Counted from the stretch's first letter, positions 36,170 through 50,440 are shown. The stretch is DNA of 64,000 nucleotides from Mytilus californianus (GCF_021869535.1 NW_026262679.1:43958001-44022000); one strand, 5' to 3'. The notes: generated from the letters alone by a model not told the origin. Made by a program: numbers and translations.

Positions 36170-39100
36170 GATCCAAGAAACGTGGTCAAGGTCAGATGAA
36201 CCAAACCGGAAATACATGTACACTTTACAATCATTTCATACACCAAATATAGTTGACCTATTGATTATCATGAGTTTCGAAGAAAAAAACTTAATCATGA
36301 AAACTTAACATTGACCAATGAACCATGAAAATGAGGTCAAGGTCAGATGATACCTGCCAGACAGACATATACACAGTACATTGCTTACAATCATTCCAAA
36401 CACCAAATATAGTTGACCTATTGCTTACAGTTTAAGAAAAAAAGACCAAAACACGAAAACTTAACTCTGAGCAATGAACCGTGAAAATGAGGTCAAGGTC
36501 AAATAAAACCTGCCAGACTGAAATGTAAATCGTAAAATATTTCCATACACCAAATATAGTTGACCTATTGCATATAGTATTAGAAAAACAAACCAAAAAC
36601 ACAATAAACTGCTTCGCTGAGTGCAGCTGGATACGACCGCAGAGGTCGAACCCTGAACAGTTGGGACAAGTATGGACACAACATTCAAGCTTGATACAGC
36701 TCTGAATTTGGATTGTGATTAATTATTTGACACAGCATAGGTTTCTGACACAGAATGAATGTGGTCTAAGAACTTAAAATATTTTAATTTACCTATTATG
36801 GTCCAATATCCAAAATCTAAATACATACACGGTTAGATTCAGCATATCAAAGAACCCCAAAAAATTCAATTTTTGTTAAAATCAAACTAAGTTTAATTTT
36901 GGACCCTTTGGACCTTAATGTAGCCCAATTTGAAAACGGGATCAAAAATTAAGAATCTAAATACACGGTTAGATTCAGCATATAAAAGAACCCCAATATT
37001 TAAATTTTTGATGAAATCAAACCATATCATTATTATTTGCTTTTATATATAAATAAAAAATAACCAACTTAAAATGGAAAATTTTAAAGAAAAAAAAAAA
37101 TCCCCCCCAATTTTTTGAACCCCCTTATGATTCATCACCCCCAAACTCAATCCCAGCCTTCCTTTTGTGGTATGGTACCTTGCAGTACAATTTCAGAGAG
37201 ATCCATACACTTGAACACAAGTTATTGTCTGGAAACTGCAAAAATTAATGTTTTTTGGCCCCAAATTCCTAAACGTTTAGGGCAATTACCCCCAAACTCA
37301 AACCCAGCTTTCCCTTTGTGATATGGAACCTTGTACATATAGTACAATTTCATAAAGATTCATACACTAACACACGTTATTGTCCTGAAACTAGAAAAAT
37401 GCTTGTTTTTTGCCCCTTTTTGGTCCCCAATTCCTAAAATTTTGAGGCAATTACCACCAAAATCAATCCCAGCATTCCCTTTGTAATATGGAACCTTGTG
37501 GTACAATGTCAGAGAGATCCATACACTAACACACAAGTTATTGTCTGGAAGTTACAAAAATGCTTATTTTTGGCCCCTAATTCCTTAACTGTTGGTGCCA
37601 TAACCCCCAAAATCAATCCCAACCTTCCTTTTGTGGTATTGAACCTTATGGTGAAATTTCATTGAGATCCATTCACTTAAACTAAAGTTATTGTCCGGAA
37701 ACTAAATGCGTCTTCGGACGACGCAGACGACGACATGATAGCATTATACAACGCAAAAAAAATTTTGCGGTCATATAAAAATGCTTGTTTGAGACCCTTT
37801 TTGGCCCCTACTTCCTGAACTGTTTGGGCAATTACCCCCAAAATGAATCCCAACCTTCTACTTGTTGTATTGACTAGTTACAATTATCAGAAATTTGGTT
37901 GAAACAATAAACAAAATTGCTTAACTCTTACCTGAGCATTTTCCGCAATAAAATTTATTTGTTTGTTCTACATTAATATCCCATTATATTGCTATTTAAC
38001 AGTAATTGGAAATATCTTAGCATTAGGTATTTGTACATTTAAATTTGAATACAGGAAATGTATTTTTTCTTAATGAAGAATGAACACCAATTTAGATAAA
38101 AATTAGTTTGTTGTTGAGAAAGTGCATTTCCAAGGCCTCTTTGTGGAAATTATTAAGCCAGTTTTTATTAATGGCATATAAAAAATATATTACTTGTTTG
38201 ACGATTTCCCTTTCCATTCATGTCAATACCATTAAATTGTAAATATTTATAAAAAAAAAAAATCTGACAGAGTCTAAAATTGAAATATCAATATATATAT
38301 ATATATATCATTATTTGCATCAATATTGCGAAATTCCCTACCTGTGGTCAATAACATAGAAATTAAACAGTAAGATTGGAAATGAAAAGAGAAAAAAATA
38401 TTGAAAAAAGTATGGTCAGATAGAATATCAGACTAGCAATGATTACGGCTGGATCGCAACATTGATGATGCTTTGGTTCTAGTTTCCAGACAATAACTTG
38501 TGTTCAAGTGTATGGATCTCTCTGAAATTGTACTGCAAGGTACCATACCACAAAGGGAAGGCTGGGATTGAGTTTGGGGATAATTGCCTCAAACTTTTAG
38601 GAATTAGGGGCCAAAAAGGGGCAAAAAACAAGCATTTTTCTAGTTTCAAAACATGCTTGTTTTGGGCCCCTAATTCCTAAACAGTTGGGACCATCACCCC
38701 CTAAAGCAATCCCAACCTTTTTTTTTGTAGTATTGAACATTTTGTTTAAATTTCATATTTCATAGAGATCCATACACTTAAACTAAAGTAATTGTCGGGA
38801 AACCAAATGTCTTTGGACGACGCTGACGTGATACCAATATAGGACCGCAAAAAATTTTTGCTGTCGTATGAAAACTTAACTTTAACCACAGAACCATGAA
38901 AAGGAGGTCAAGGTCAGATGACACCTGCCAGTTGGACATGTACACTTTACAATCATTCCATACAACAAATACAGTAGACCTATTGCTTATAGTATCTGAT
39001 ATATGGACTTGACCACGAAAACTTAACCTTGTTTACTGATCCATGAAATGAGGTTGAGGTCAGATGAAAACTATCTTACAGACATGAGGACCTTGTAAGG

Positions 39101-39395
39101 TACGCACATACTAAATACAGTTATCCTATTACTCATAAGAAGGGAGAAATTAACATTACAAAAAATCCTAACTTTTTTTCAAGTAGTCACTGAACCATGA
39201 AAATGAGGTCAAGGACAAAGGACATCTGACAGACAGAAACTTCATAACAGAAGGCATCTATATACAAAGTATGAAGCATCAAGGTCTTCTACCTTCGGAA
39301 ATATTAAGCTTTTAAGTAGTTAGTTAACGCTGCCCTTGCCGGATCACTATCCCTTCTTCCAGCTTTCTGTGACAGAAGTCACAGGCTCGACAAAA
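36170..39395. mobile_element. Cluster of nested or adjacent HINE-like elements
   Basis: The gaaaatgaggtcaaggtc family occurs at about 36170-36595 and 38880-39395. A second family with gagatccatac repeats and a cgcaaaa..ttttgc hairpin occurs at about 36600-37790 and 38490-38875. Confidence 0.65.
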
Positions 39396-39660
39396 ACTGT
39401 ATAAGTATGTCAATAAATAACTGAGATCAATCTATAGAAGGGCACAGGCACACAAACTCTAAAGGTTATTTATCCCCATACCCAACTTTGTTGAGGCAAA
39501 TTAAAATATACAATGCTTGTGTATAAATAACTCATTTATATTTCTTTTAATACAAAAAACAACAGCTTTCAAATTCTTATCAACACCAGATAACACTACA
39601 GGTATTCTTTTTAATCACAATTCAATTGACAATTGTCTATATGATGTATGAAGTCCTATT

Positions 39661-39968
39661 TTAAAAATCTGTCACACGTCCCTTTCTTTCCCAATCACCA
39701 TATCTGGTAGGCTCTGGACCTCGTGGTCCGCCAATTTCACCAGTAGCAGGATTTGTGTCATCAGGAAACCTTTCTAAGGTTTCCTGTTCCACATAAGGAT
39801 TAAATGCTTCTTCTGCTGTCTCCATTTTATCATCCAGTTTTCCTGCTGGTGTGTTTCCTTTCTTCCGTTGAGGTTTTTTCTGTCCAGAATCATCAGAATG
39901 TTTTCTGACAATAATTGTTAAAACTTGTGTTGTGTTTATCTCTTTGTTGTAAGTTATAAATGCTGTTC
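39661..39968 (-). CDS. SDHAF4: Succinate dehydrogenase assembly factor 4, exon 2 (DUF1674)
   Basis: C-terminus [30 protein letters not shown] is the SDHAF4/Sdh8 signature. Minus-strand acceptor tttgtag ends at 39969; phase 1. Confidence 0.93.
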
Positions 39969-40341
39969 CTACAAAACCAAAATAATCATTCATTATATAC
40001 ATGTACAATGTAAACAATTTATAGGACAATCAAAATAATTGACTATCAACTTAATTACATGATCATGGGGTGTCATCAGAATGAATTCAAAATGTACTGA
40101 AAATTATTAATGTGTGTTGTTTTTTTTTCATTCCTTTAGATGTACTATAAATCAAGTACGGTAATTATATTATAATTCCCTCAGTATTGTTCTTTTGTTC
40201 TTGTTTAATTTCATTTGCAATAATCTCATGTTTTCACTTATGGGCCCATCTGTTTGGAATAAAGTATATAATTTGCATTGTATACTGAAGGGAATAGTCA
40301 TTACATTGCACTAGGGGAAGTTCTAAAATATCTTTCCAAAC

Positions 40342-40773
40342 GTTTATTTTGGAACCTTTCGCAGGAATGAACAAAATTGGACAGCAAATTCCAGTCAAGT
40401 TTTTAATTTTCTAATACATAAAATGCATTTGAATTTTATATATCTAGGGCATTCTATGCCTTAAAAAAATTGCAATGTACAGGCTTGTCTGCACTCAGAG
40501 TAAATTTTGTAGTGTAAACACATCCATTTTAGCCTTAGGGTCTTCATGAACCTTAACTTGGTTTATGGTTCATCATAACCTTTTATCAAATATGGCCGTA
40601 TTTACACCACCAATTTCGTCTTACAGAAAAACCTGTGCATCTGGAAGTTTTAGAGCATGGCTGGACCTAGATATATAAAATTTAAATGCATTTTAAGTTT
40701 CAGAATATTGAAAACTTAACTGGATTTTGCTATTCATTTTTTTTTCATTCCTGCAGAAGTTGCCAAAATAAAC
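40342..40773. mobile_element. MITE/foldback in the SDHAF4 intron
   Basis: Long imperfect inverted arms (gtttattttgg..gcaggaatga..aaaatgcatttgaattttatatatctagg versus cctagatatataaaatttaaatgcatttt..tcattcctgc..ccaaaataaac). Confidence 0.7.
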
Positions 40774-41012
40774 TAAGTTGGGAAAGAGTTTGAGAAGCTC
40801 CCCTCATTTAATAAATGTTGTGAGTTGTATTGATTTAAATGGACAATAGATGGACAATACACATCTGTAAACAAAAACGTATGTGTATTTTTGCTATCTT
40901 CTGCAGATTGGAAAAAAAAAATGCACATCAAAATCCAGGTGACGTATTGAAAAGCTTATTATTTTTTTTGCTGTGTCGACGCCTTCAATTATCTGGATTA
41001 CAGTTTAGACAT

Positions 41013-41118
41013 CACAGGCACTTGTTTCTATCCATGGGAAGATCCACTATCAACGTATATTTAGGAGCTCCTATACGTTGATAGTGGGTCTTCCCATGGA
41101 AAGAAACAAGTGCCTGTG
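41013..41118. repeat. 106-bp near-perfect palindrome in SDHAF4 intron 1
   Basis: cacaggcacttgtttct..ccatgggaagatccactatcaacgtat | taggagctccta | tacgttgatagtgggtcttcccatgg..agaaacaagtgcctgtg; 2 mismatches and a 4-nt bulge. Confidence 0.92.
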
Positions 41119-41285
41119 TTAGACATGCATAAATTTATTTGAATGATTGCGTAATCAGTAAATCACCCAAGTCTGTCAGTGTCAATGATGTAGACCGCTT
41201 TAAAGTATCACTTAGATACGACAAACGTATGTAGTTTAGAAAATAAGTTAACTCATACTTTTTTCCATAAGTAAAACAAGCTTAC

Positions 41286-41331
41286 TTGCACATTTCTGCA
41301 TTAACTGGCCAAGTTTCATAACCATCGACAT
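41286..41331 (-). CDS. SDHAF4: SDHAF4 coding exon 1 (mitochondrial-targeting-like N-terminus)
   Basis: ATG at 41331 gives MSMVMKLGQLMQKCA+A, then a GTAAG donor (41285-41281). The phase-1 join to exon 2 gives ...KCARTAFITY..., 117 aa in total. Confidence 0.8.
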
Positions 41332-41689
41332 GTTAGTTTATTTACGTTTTGCAAATCAAACACACGGATGATTCAGATTTTACAGTAGAATACTTCTCAA
41401 AACCGACAAAATACTTTTATAAAACAACACATAGTAACGGACTATTAAAAGGTTATTGACTCATGATAATTAGATTGGAAGAAAAACTTCAAAAGTTGAA
41501 CGTTTCCTCCTTCCAATTTGCGGGCAAAGGTAAATTGTTGACTCTTCTACTTGAAAAATATATTTTGTATTTACAAGGCGATCTTCATCATTGCTATGAT
41601 GTTTAAGCTTACAATAAACTGATCAGTAGGAGTCTAGAATCAGTGGCACATAAAAAAAAACAAAGTTGAGACAAATTTCCTTCCGGATT

Positions 41690-42130
41690 AGACAAAATGA
41701 TACGTACTGCTCCTGTATTCTTTATTGACGAAAACTGTTCAAGTAAATTTGGCATGTTCAAGGAATGTTTATTCAATCAGTCTCTTTGTCGTTACAAGTT
41801 TGTACCAGAATCAAATCATTTTAATCTTCATACATTTTTCAATAGGAAAGCATCAAAGTTCCCCGTGATCCCACGATATTCTGTGTCTTTGACCATACAC
41901 CAAGAATTTTCTTGCAGAATATTGTAACTTGATGATCTTCTTTAAAATGCTCATCATATTTTCAGATTCCCAAATATCCGAGGAGTAATACATAGAGACT
42001 ACCAAAGCATCGAACAGTTTTAGATGTAAATGTACGGGGATGCTATTAGCCTTAGGCTATTTATTCCCTGGTACAAACTGGATAATAAACATGGTGCATA
42101 TCAATTACGAATATGGTGTTTTCTGCTTTT
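41690..42130 (-). mobile_element. Degenerate non-LTR retrotransposon (CR1/L2-group-like) RT C-terminal fragment
   Basis: Minus-strand remnants IPVHLHLKLFDALVV..YSSDIW, FCKKILGVWSKTQN and KIKMI.FWYK resemble the region after the LINE RT domain; frameshifted. Confidence 0.6.
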
Positions 42131-44434
42131 CTTCTAAAACGGTTTTGTATTGCCCTTTGTACTAACTCTTTCCCTCTAAATGCCTCTTAATTTTTCTTTT
42201 TACCAAAATTAACACAAAAAACCTCATTGACTATATTTATACACGTATCACGTTCATGTTAAAATTGGTGTTCAAAACAAGACTACAATCCACAACAGTT
42301 CTGATGACCATGGTAAAAGATTGTAAACGATGTAATAATACTGACAGTCTTGCATATATCTCCGTATTTTACGAGCTTTAATTCCTATTGTCTTATCTCA
42401 AATATTTGAAAGGTTGTGAGCACCTATGTACATGGTTGTGCTTTGCTAGAGGTCAACATTTTGGGTTTATATGACACTAAACTGGTCCCATTTAAGATCA
42501 TAACCAAGCGTAAAAAGTGGACAAAAGAAGGTACCATTTCCCATTAAACCCAATTCGCCCCACTACTTATTCGTACCTTTTTTACATACTCGAGTCCCAA
42601 ATTTTCAGACATCTGTATACATGTCGTCTCAGGAAATTATTTCACTAATCAATAATCACATAAAATTCTCTAACCGGGGTAAAACAGTAGACAACAGAAA
42701 ACTTGGAATTGCCATTTTGACAGATTGGGGAAAACATTTTATAACAATTTAGAATGAAAACTATATATGGACATAATTATGTTGCTTTTAAATCCCAATT
42801 GCATTGCGAAAAATATCTTGGTATTATTAAAGAGTTTACAAATGACAGAGTCTGGCAAAATTTTGCATATCTGCTCAACATTTACTTATAGAAAGAAGTA
42901 GATATAGTAACACAATATCATGACGGCCTTGGTCTGTTTTCTGCTCTTTGGTTGGGTTGTTGTCTCTTTGACACATTCCCCGTTTCCATTCTCTATTCTA
43001 AATATACAAAAAATAAACTTCTAAATATAAAGCGTATGCTGGTTTGGTCACTATCCAATCCTCGGTTACTCAGATCCCGTGCAGTTACCTTATATACTGA
43101 CCGCCAAACCGAATAAAAACAATTGTTACACATCCTATTTAAAAAGGTTTAAATCATTGCAAAATCTTTCAAACCTTTTCGCATACCGCATATAAATACA
43201 TTAGCTAGTTTGTTCTGAATTACCAACTAGGGACTGAAAAATTTAGTGCGTAAACTGATCACGAAGCAGGAAAAAAAAGGGAAAAATATCTATTCTATAA
43301 TCACAGAACAATGAAACAGAATTCAAAGCACATGTATGTTGTTTTTTGTTTTAATTGAAAGGCTGTTAGACTTTTTATACTTATTTCCCACTTCAAAAAA
43401 TAAGATTAACATGAAGACCTAGTAGGTAACTTTTTTTTAATTAATGGCCAAAAATTATGAAATTAATAGTCAGAGTTCGTATAAATCATATATTAAGATA
43501 CACCATAAAAAAATGTTGATTCAAAAAAAAATTTCAAGAATTTGTTTCTGCAAATATAATTTTATAGAGGTCAAATGGACAATAACCAAACTTATTAAAA
43601 GGTAGTTCGAAACCATAATCGTACATTTTTTTTAAAAATATATCGATTATACTATGATTTTTGAAATATAAATGCAAATGCATATTGTCTTGTTTTCATT
43701 ATTTATTGGGAAAATAGCATTAGAAAAGGCCTGTTTATCTATAAAATCCGCAAGTTTAGATACGATCCATGTTAACTTATTGATCAATTGAATAAACTTA
43801 TTGTTAAAGGGTATCAACGTAACACCGTAGTAAAATCTTTGAATATTGTTTTTATCGGTACTAATAATGACTATGTTTTTGATAAAATAAAACATAAATT
43901 AATATATATTGCTATACATATATGAAAACTATATAGAGTCCTACATCCTGTCGATATTATGTACTTTTATTTCAGCATTGCACAAGGTCATGCTTTTCTC
44001 AGACTGTTTATGACGTCTTTACGCTAAATTCGCTGGATGTGTACAAGCTTATAGATATTTCAGTCTGGGAAAGCAAGATTTATTTATAAGTTGTTATTGG
44101 CTTTAACCAGGCTTTCAGTAACCGCGAGTACACTTAGATCGGCACGGTTTATCTTTGTCTTAATGTTAGTTGTTTTTTATATGTGTGCTTCGTGTCGATC
44201 TGAAGAGGCAAGGCATTTCCAACTATTTTTTATTATTTGTTCTTATGTTGTGCTGTCACACCACTGCCAAGGGTTAATGGAAAGGTTGAGCGTTAACAAA
44301 CATGTTTAACCCAGCCACAATCTATATGTGGCTGTCCCAAGTAATTAAGGAGCCTCACGGTAATTCAGTGGTTGTGTTTAGAAGCTGTCTGTCATTTTTG
44401 TTTTTCGTTTATTGTTTTGTCATAAATCAGCCGC

Positions 44435-44875
44435 TGGTTTTTATGCCCCCGCAGCAAAATGCCGAGGAGCATATCAATTTACCCCTGTCCGTCCGTCCGT
44501 CCGTCCGTTCGTCCGTCCGGATATAGATACATGATATGTCCGGCTATCTCCTCCTAAAGTTTTGAGCTACAGCTGTAATATTTTGTAGGATGTTTCTATA
44601 CACATAATAGAGGTGTGCATGTCCACAGGATTTTGATTTTTTTTCAAATATTCTCAAAATGCTAGGTATTTGGACTTAGTCAATTTTTGGTACTAGCTGC
44701 ATAAAGAGATCATGGAATTTGTCCGCGACTATCTCCTCTTATAGTTCTTGAGCTACAGCTTTAATATTTTGTAGGTTGTTTGTACACATAATGGAAGTGT
44801 GCATGTCCACAGGATTTTGATTTTTTTTCAAATATTCTCAAAATGCCAGGTATTTGGACTTAGTCTTTTTTTTTG
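44435..44875. mobile_element. HINE-like element with (GTCC)n
   Basis: ttttatgcccccg...gaggagcat hairpin, (GTCC)n at about 44487-44520, and two internal repeats of about 180 bp. Confidence 0.7.
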
Positions 44876-47800
44876 TACTCAGAATAAAAATAAAAGATAG
44901 ATCATCATACATAGTGTTAAATTTATAATTTCTTATGGTCAGGCGGGGGCATCATTTGTGTTTTACAGACAGCGCAACAATTTCAAGTTGTACTTCAAAA
45001 TCACTGTTGGTCAAATCTAAAGTATGTGGAACTATACTCATGCATATGGCTGAGCAGAGGGAGCATCGTCCATATCTAGTTTTGATTTGTTTCACATTTT
45101 GTCATGTCACCGTCGGTGTCTTTTATAGCAGTATGAGTTTTGCGCATTGTACGGTGACCTATAGTTGCTTAAATTCGCTTTTATTTGGACTCTGGTTGGA
45201 TATAGTTGTTTCATTGGCAATCATATAACACATCTCCTTTTTTCTCTTTTAGAAGCTAGTGACTGATATTTAAAAAATGTTAATCTTTGCTGCAAATTGA
45301 TAAAAAGAAAATGATTGGAAATAGTCAAGTACATACAAAACCTAAAGCTCTTTCCACACGGCAATTTTTCAAAATTTTCCACATATTCTATAGCATGGCA
45401 CAATTTTCTTCTCTGAAAACCACGTAATTAGCATAACAGATAAACGAAATAACCGAAATATGAATGAAACATTCAAACTTCTTATTACATGCAGGTATTA
45501 ATAAAGTCCCGATTTTGTGAATTTTCAACTAGAAAAAAATCCCTGATTAATAGTCCATTAATATATTATTTCAGATTTGTGTAATGAATATTAGAAATTT
45601 TCTTAGTATCATATTGTAACAGTTTATTTCTTAATCACGGTCAATATTTGATATATTTATTTTTTGGGATGGGATGAAATTATTATTATGTACTTCGCAA
45701 AATATAAAAAAGTGTCTGTAGAACACTAAAAATGACGTATAGCGGATATTTCAATGACATAATTTACTTTAAAAGTTTAGAGGTCAATACTAAAAAAATG
45801 AATGATGTAACAGTTTTACAGATTTTTGTTCACAACTGCCTATTTCAGTTTTTTTCCAGTCTGGGAGTACCATATGGCATATATAAAATAGAGAATGGAA
45901 ACGGGGAATGTGTCAAAGAGACTGTACATTTGTAGATACGTCTATGCTTATAGCATCTATGCTTATACAAAGGAAAAAGGACAAGATTTATTTCTTTTAA
46001 AGTCCTTTGAATGACGAATAATGGCGAATTGACCATTCTTGACGTGTTAACAGTCTTTTAGTGTGTTTAAAGGGGCGCGTTTATAACAAGGGTTTATAAC
46101 AAAGGTTGCACAGGATTGAAGAGTGGCGATTTTGTAGTGGGGCGAGTTTATCTATTTCCAATACAAACTATTACGACTACATCAGAACAACTTACGGCAG
46201 TTGTTTTCCAAGTACCATGACAATTACCAAATCATGAAATTTGCACATATGCATTTTTCCTTAAATTTGGACTAAAAATTAATTGAAATTGATAAAAATA
46301 TGGCGAATTGACCGTAAGCAAGTAACATACAGAGCTGTCATTGCTATAGATATTTATAATACTGTAGGCCATTACTTGGCATTAGACTATTCATCCAAAA
46401 ATAGTATCTACCCCCTTTAATGGCAGATTCTGGATTTCCAGACAACTTTTTGCTCACAAATTCGAAGTAGGATAATGGATTTCCTTAATATTTAAGGATC
46501 CAAAATATTTTAGATAGAGAAATATGTGGAATTCCAAAACTTTCGCTTAATCTGAAAAATGCTTTCTAACGTTAGTTTTCTCTTTTGAATTGTTTTACAT
46601 TTGAAATGTCAGGACCTTTTATAGCTGACTATGCGGCATGGGTTTTGCTCATTACTGAAGGCCGTATGGTGACACATAGTATTTAACTTCTATGTCATTT
46701 GGTCTCATCTGGCAATCATTCCACATCTTCTTATTTTCCTATTGTAGGAAACAAATTGGAATTTAATCTACATACATTTGTGTATCTTCAATGGGGTGGG
46801 GTATCATACTACTGGGTATAAAGAACTTGGAATTGGAATTGTTCCTCTCGATATGAGACACAATATAGCCTTTTTGTGCTTATGCAGCGTAAAGAAATCA
46901 CCATGCATGCAATCAATCAATCAATCCTCTCAATATTACTTCCATGCTTAAACTGATGTTTAATATTAGTTTACATGTACAAAGAAGTCAGATTTGAATT
47001 ACATGTATGTATACATAAAAAAATGAAGTCAATGTTGTAATGATTATTTTGCTTCTTTAGAATAGAATATTATCATACAACATACAACATATTGATTTAT
47101 AAGACAAACATTTTAGACTTGGTTAAAAGAAATGAGTAATTGAAAGTTAAAAGAAATTGAGAAAAGACAATTTTGAGAAAGATTTTAGCATAAAATATAA
47201 TTATTAAATCAACAAAATTACAATGATATTAATTGATTGATTGGTGTTTAACACCTCTTTTAGCACTATTGGCTATTTCGTAGCAGTCGGTTTTTATTGG
47301 TCAATGTTGGTGGAGGAAGCCAGAGTGCCTAGAGAGAACCACTGACCTTCCGAAGGAAAACAGATAATCCTTGTCAATGATATTAAGATTTCATAGATAT
47401 TTTCGGAAATTGACCGGTATATATGTATTAAATGGACACTGGAATTTTAGCTAAGATTTCAAAAAGGACAACGCAAAATATTGTCATCATAGAGTGGTTT
47501 GTGTTGTCTGTCTGTTAACATGAAAATATGTAAACTTTTAAAAAATATTCTCCTCTGAAACTAACTATGCTTACAGACAAAATGAAATCAAACACAGTTT
47601 AATGTTCCTGGCACTCAACCAACATAGCTGCCATTCCTAAAAATAGAACATAAGGTTAATTTTGAAAATACATGTAATGTAAACTGACAGGAGTTATAAT
47701 ACTTAGAAAGTTAAGAGACCTACATGTAATGTCATTCCATTCCTACCGGAGTATTATGGTTATAAGATAACAACTTACAGGAGTTATTGACAGTAAAAAT

Positions 47801-48149
47801 GATAAGTGATATAACATCTAGAGAAATGCAAATATGTATGACTGAAATCATCAATTGACTCCTTATAGTTGAAATTCATTGTGGCAGATTCAGCTAGGAT
47901 CATAGAGTATTTGCTTCCCCATTTTTGGTCAATAAAAATTTGTTGAAAAAAATTTAGACTCACTACGCCTGCCTTTATTTCTACCATAACTGACAATTAC
48001 ACCCCTTTCTTCAAACCAGGTGTCCTCACCTGATTGATCTTTAATACTAATATCACTGAAACTATTAATTGACTCATTAAAGAGCATTTTTTCTAACAGA
48101 CAAGAACAATCATGATTGATTCAATATGAAAGGTACACATGTCCATCTG

Positions 48150-49020
48150 AAATTGACTTTATTTCATGGCTCAGTTATTATGTCCAATTCTCAGAGATCA
48201 ACTATTTTCAGTGTTGAGAATTATTGTAAGGTGTACATGACCAACTGACAAAGTTCATCTGACATTGACCCGATTTTTATGGTTGAGTGATCCACAGTAA
48301 GTTTATGTTATTAAGACTGTTTCTCAGATATCACAACTAATAGGTCAACTACATGTATATTTCATGTATAGAATAATAGGAAGGAGTGCATGTCTCTCTG
48401 TCTACAGTTTATCTGGTGTTGACATCATCTTTATATGTCAGTGGTTAATGTGCAGTTTTCATTACAAGGTCAATTTCTCAGATACTTTAGGTAATATTTC
48501 AACTATATTGGTGTTTAGAATCATTGCAAGCTGTACTTATCTATCTGACATTCTCATGGTTCAGATGATGATGATTGGTCTATCAAATGTTTTCAAGAAT
48601 AGGACCATTTCTCAGCTACTACCACTAATAGGTCAATTTTATTTTGTGTATATAATAATTATATGCTATAATGTCAACTCCAGGGTTTTCCTGAGATTGA
48701 CCTCATTTTCATGGTTCAGATGATGATTATACATGATGATGATAGCCGACAAAAAATTTTGAAGAATAAGTACATTTTTCAGCTACTACTAGTAATAATT
48801 CAATTTTATTTGGTGTATAGAAGGATAATTAGCTATGCATGACTATTTGACCTTGACCCCATTTTTAGTTTATTCGTCAATATTAAGTTTTTATGATGCC
48901 CTAAGTAAATGGTCAACTTTATATTGTGTATAAGATGAATGAAAGATGTACAAATGTACTAAGATGTTTATTTGACAGGGTTTACCTAGAAATGACCTAA
49001 TTTTCATGGTTAATTGACTA
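48150..49020. repeat. Decayed inverted copies of the 16-kb HINE family internal repeat
   Basis: Repeated attgacct(c)attttcatgg and ataggtcaactat, the reverse complement of ccatgaaaatgaggtcaa. Confidence 0.55.
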
Positions 49021-50174
49021 ATTTAAATTTTCATGATTAGGTCCAATTTAAGAAATAATTCCTTCATGTCATGCTCTAAGCTCATTTTAACATGGGTAAA
49101 AACTAATAGTAGGGTAAATATATTAAGGTTTAAGAACAATATATATCATGTATATTATATATAATAAAATTTTATGTAAGCAGCTAAAATATATATATTT
49201 TATTAGGATAGAAATGAAAATAACAAGAACAGTAAGTTTATGCGCATGTGTCAAACATATTTTGTGCTGATTAGAACACGGCTTTGTTTACAAAGCATAA
49301 TAAGGACGTCATATTAGAATCTCAGATACTGCAAGGCATAGGTCAACTATATTAGGTCAATAGAATGAGCCTTTTAAAAGTTTACATGTTCATCTTACAG
49401 GAATGACAGGATCCATCAGACATTGACCTCATTTTTGTCGAGCCAGAAACATTTATGTCGTGAAAGGGAGACATAGCGATCCTAGATTCTGTGGTCGGCA
49501 GTATCAACATTTAGGTTCAGTCTGAGGTTAAAGTATTTTTAGACATCAATCACTTTGTCAAACCTTTATGGAATTTTAGGAAATTTTGACAGAAGCTTGT
49601 TCGTGACCTAAATACAGAATCCAGAGCAAAATTTTAAAAATATTTATTTTTATTTTTCTGTATTTAACTGATAAATGGACATAGATTTTTTTACATTTAA
49701 CAAATAGATACAGTCTGGAGTTAAAGTTTGTTACACATCAATAACATTATCAAACCTTCATAAAATTTTATGAAACTTTGGCAGAAGCTTTTTTATGATT
49801 AAGAAATAACATGTAATGTCTGAAGCAAACTTTTGAAAATGTATTTTTTTCATTTTCAGTATTTTTTCTGATAGATGGACTTTTTTACAGTTAACATTTA
49901 CAGACAGTCTGGGATTACACTTTTTTGATATGATAAATTTGTAAACCTTCATGGATTATTATGAAACTTGGACAGAAGCTTATCTTCAAGACCATGAAAT
50001 AGCATCTAAAGAAGAAGTTTGATTTTTTTTTTTTTAGAATTCTGTAATTTACTGATAAATGGACTGACACTTTTTAAGTCAACATAACGATTACACTTTT
50101 ATACTGACAGCAGCAATGGCAGGTAGGACACAGGGTTCCGCTGAACCCCTTACAAATTTTGAATTATAAATTAT

Positions 50175-50440
50175 TGAAACAAGGAATTATTTGAATCTGG
50201 AATAATTTTGAATTCTGGAAAATTGATAAGAAAAGTATGATGAAAACTAACAACTAAATAGGGTAAGCCATGCACCCATGGCTAAGGAGGGTTAGTTAGT
50301 TCATACTGAAATATCAGTGAAAGTAAAATTAACCTTAGCCATGCACGCATGGCTAAACCAATTTAGTTGGGTTAGTTTTCATCATTTTTCAATTTTCCAG
50401 ATTTCAAAATTATTCCAGATTCAAATAATTCCTTGTTTTG
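50175..50440. mobile_element. MITE with about 50-bp TIRs and internal palindromes
   Basis: aaacaaggaattatttgaatctggaataattttgaa ... ttcaaaattattccagattcaaataattccttgttt; internal agccatgcacccatggct and agccatgcacgcatggct. Confidence 0.75.

Noticed and set aside
42660-42715. Alternative SDHAF4 first exon (MAIPSFLLSTVLPR...)
   Set aside because: Available donors are phase 2 and do not fit the phase-1 acceptor; 41331-41286 fits with a GTAAG donor.
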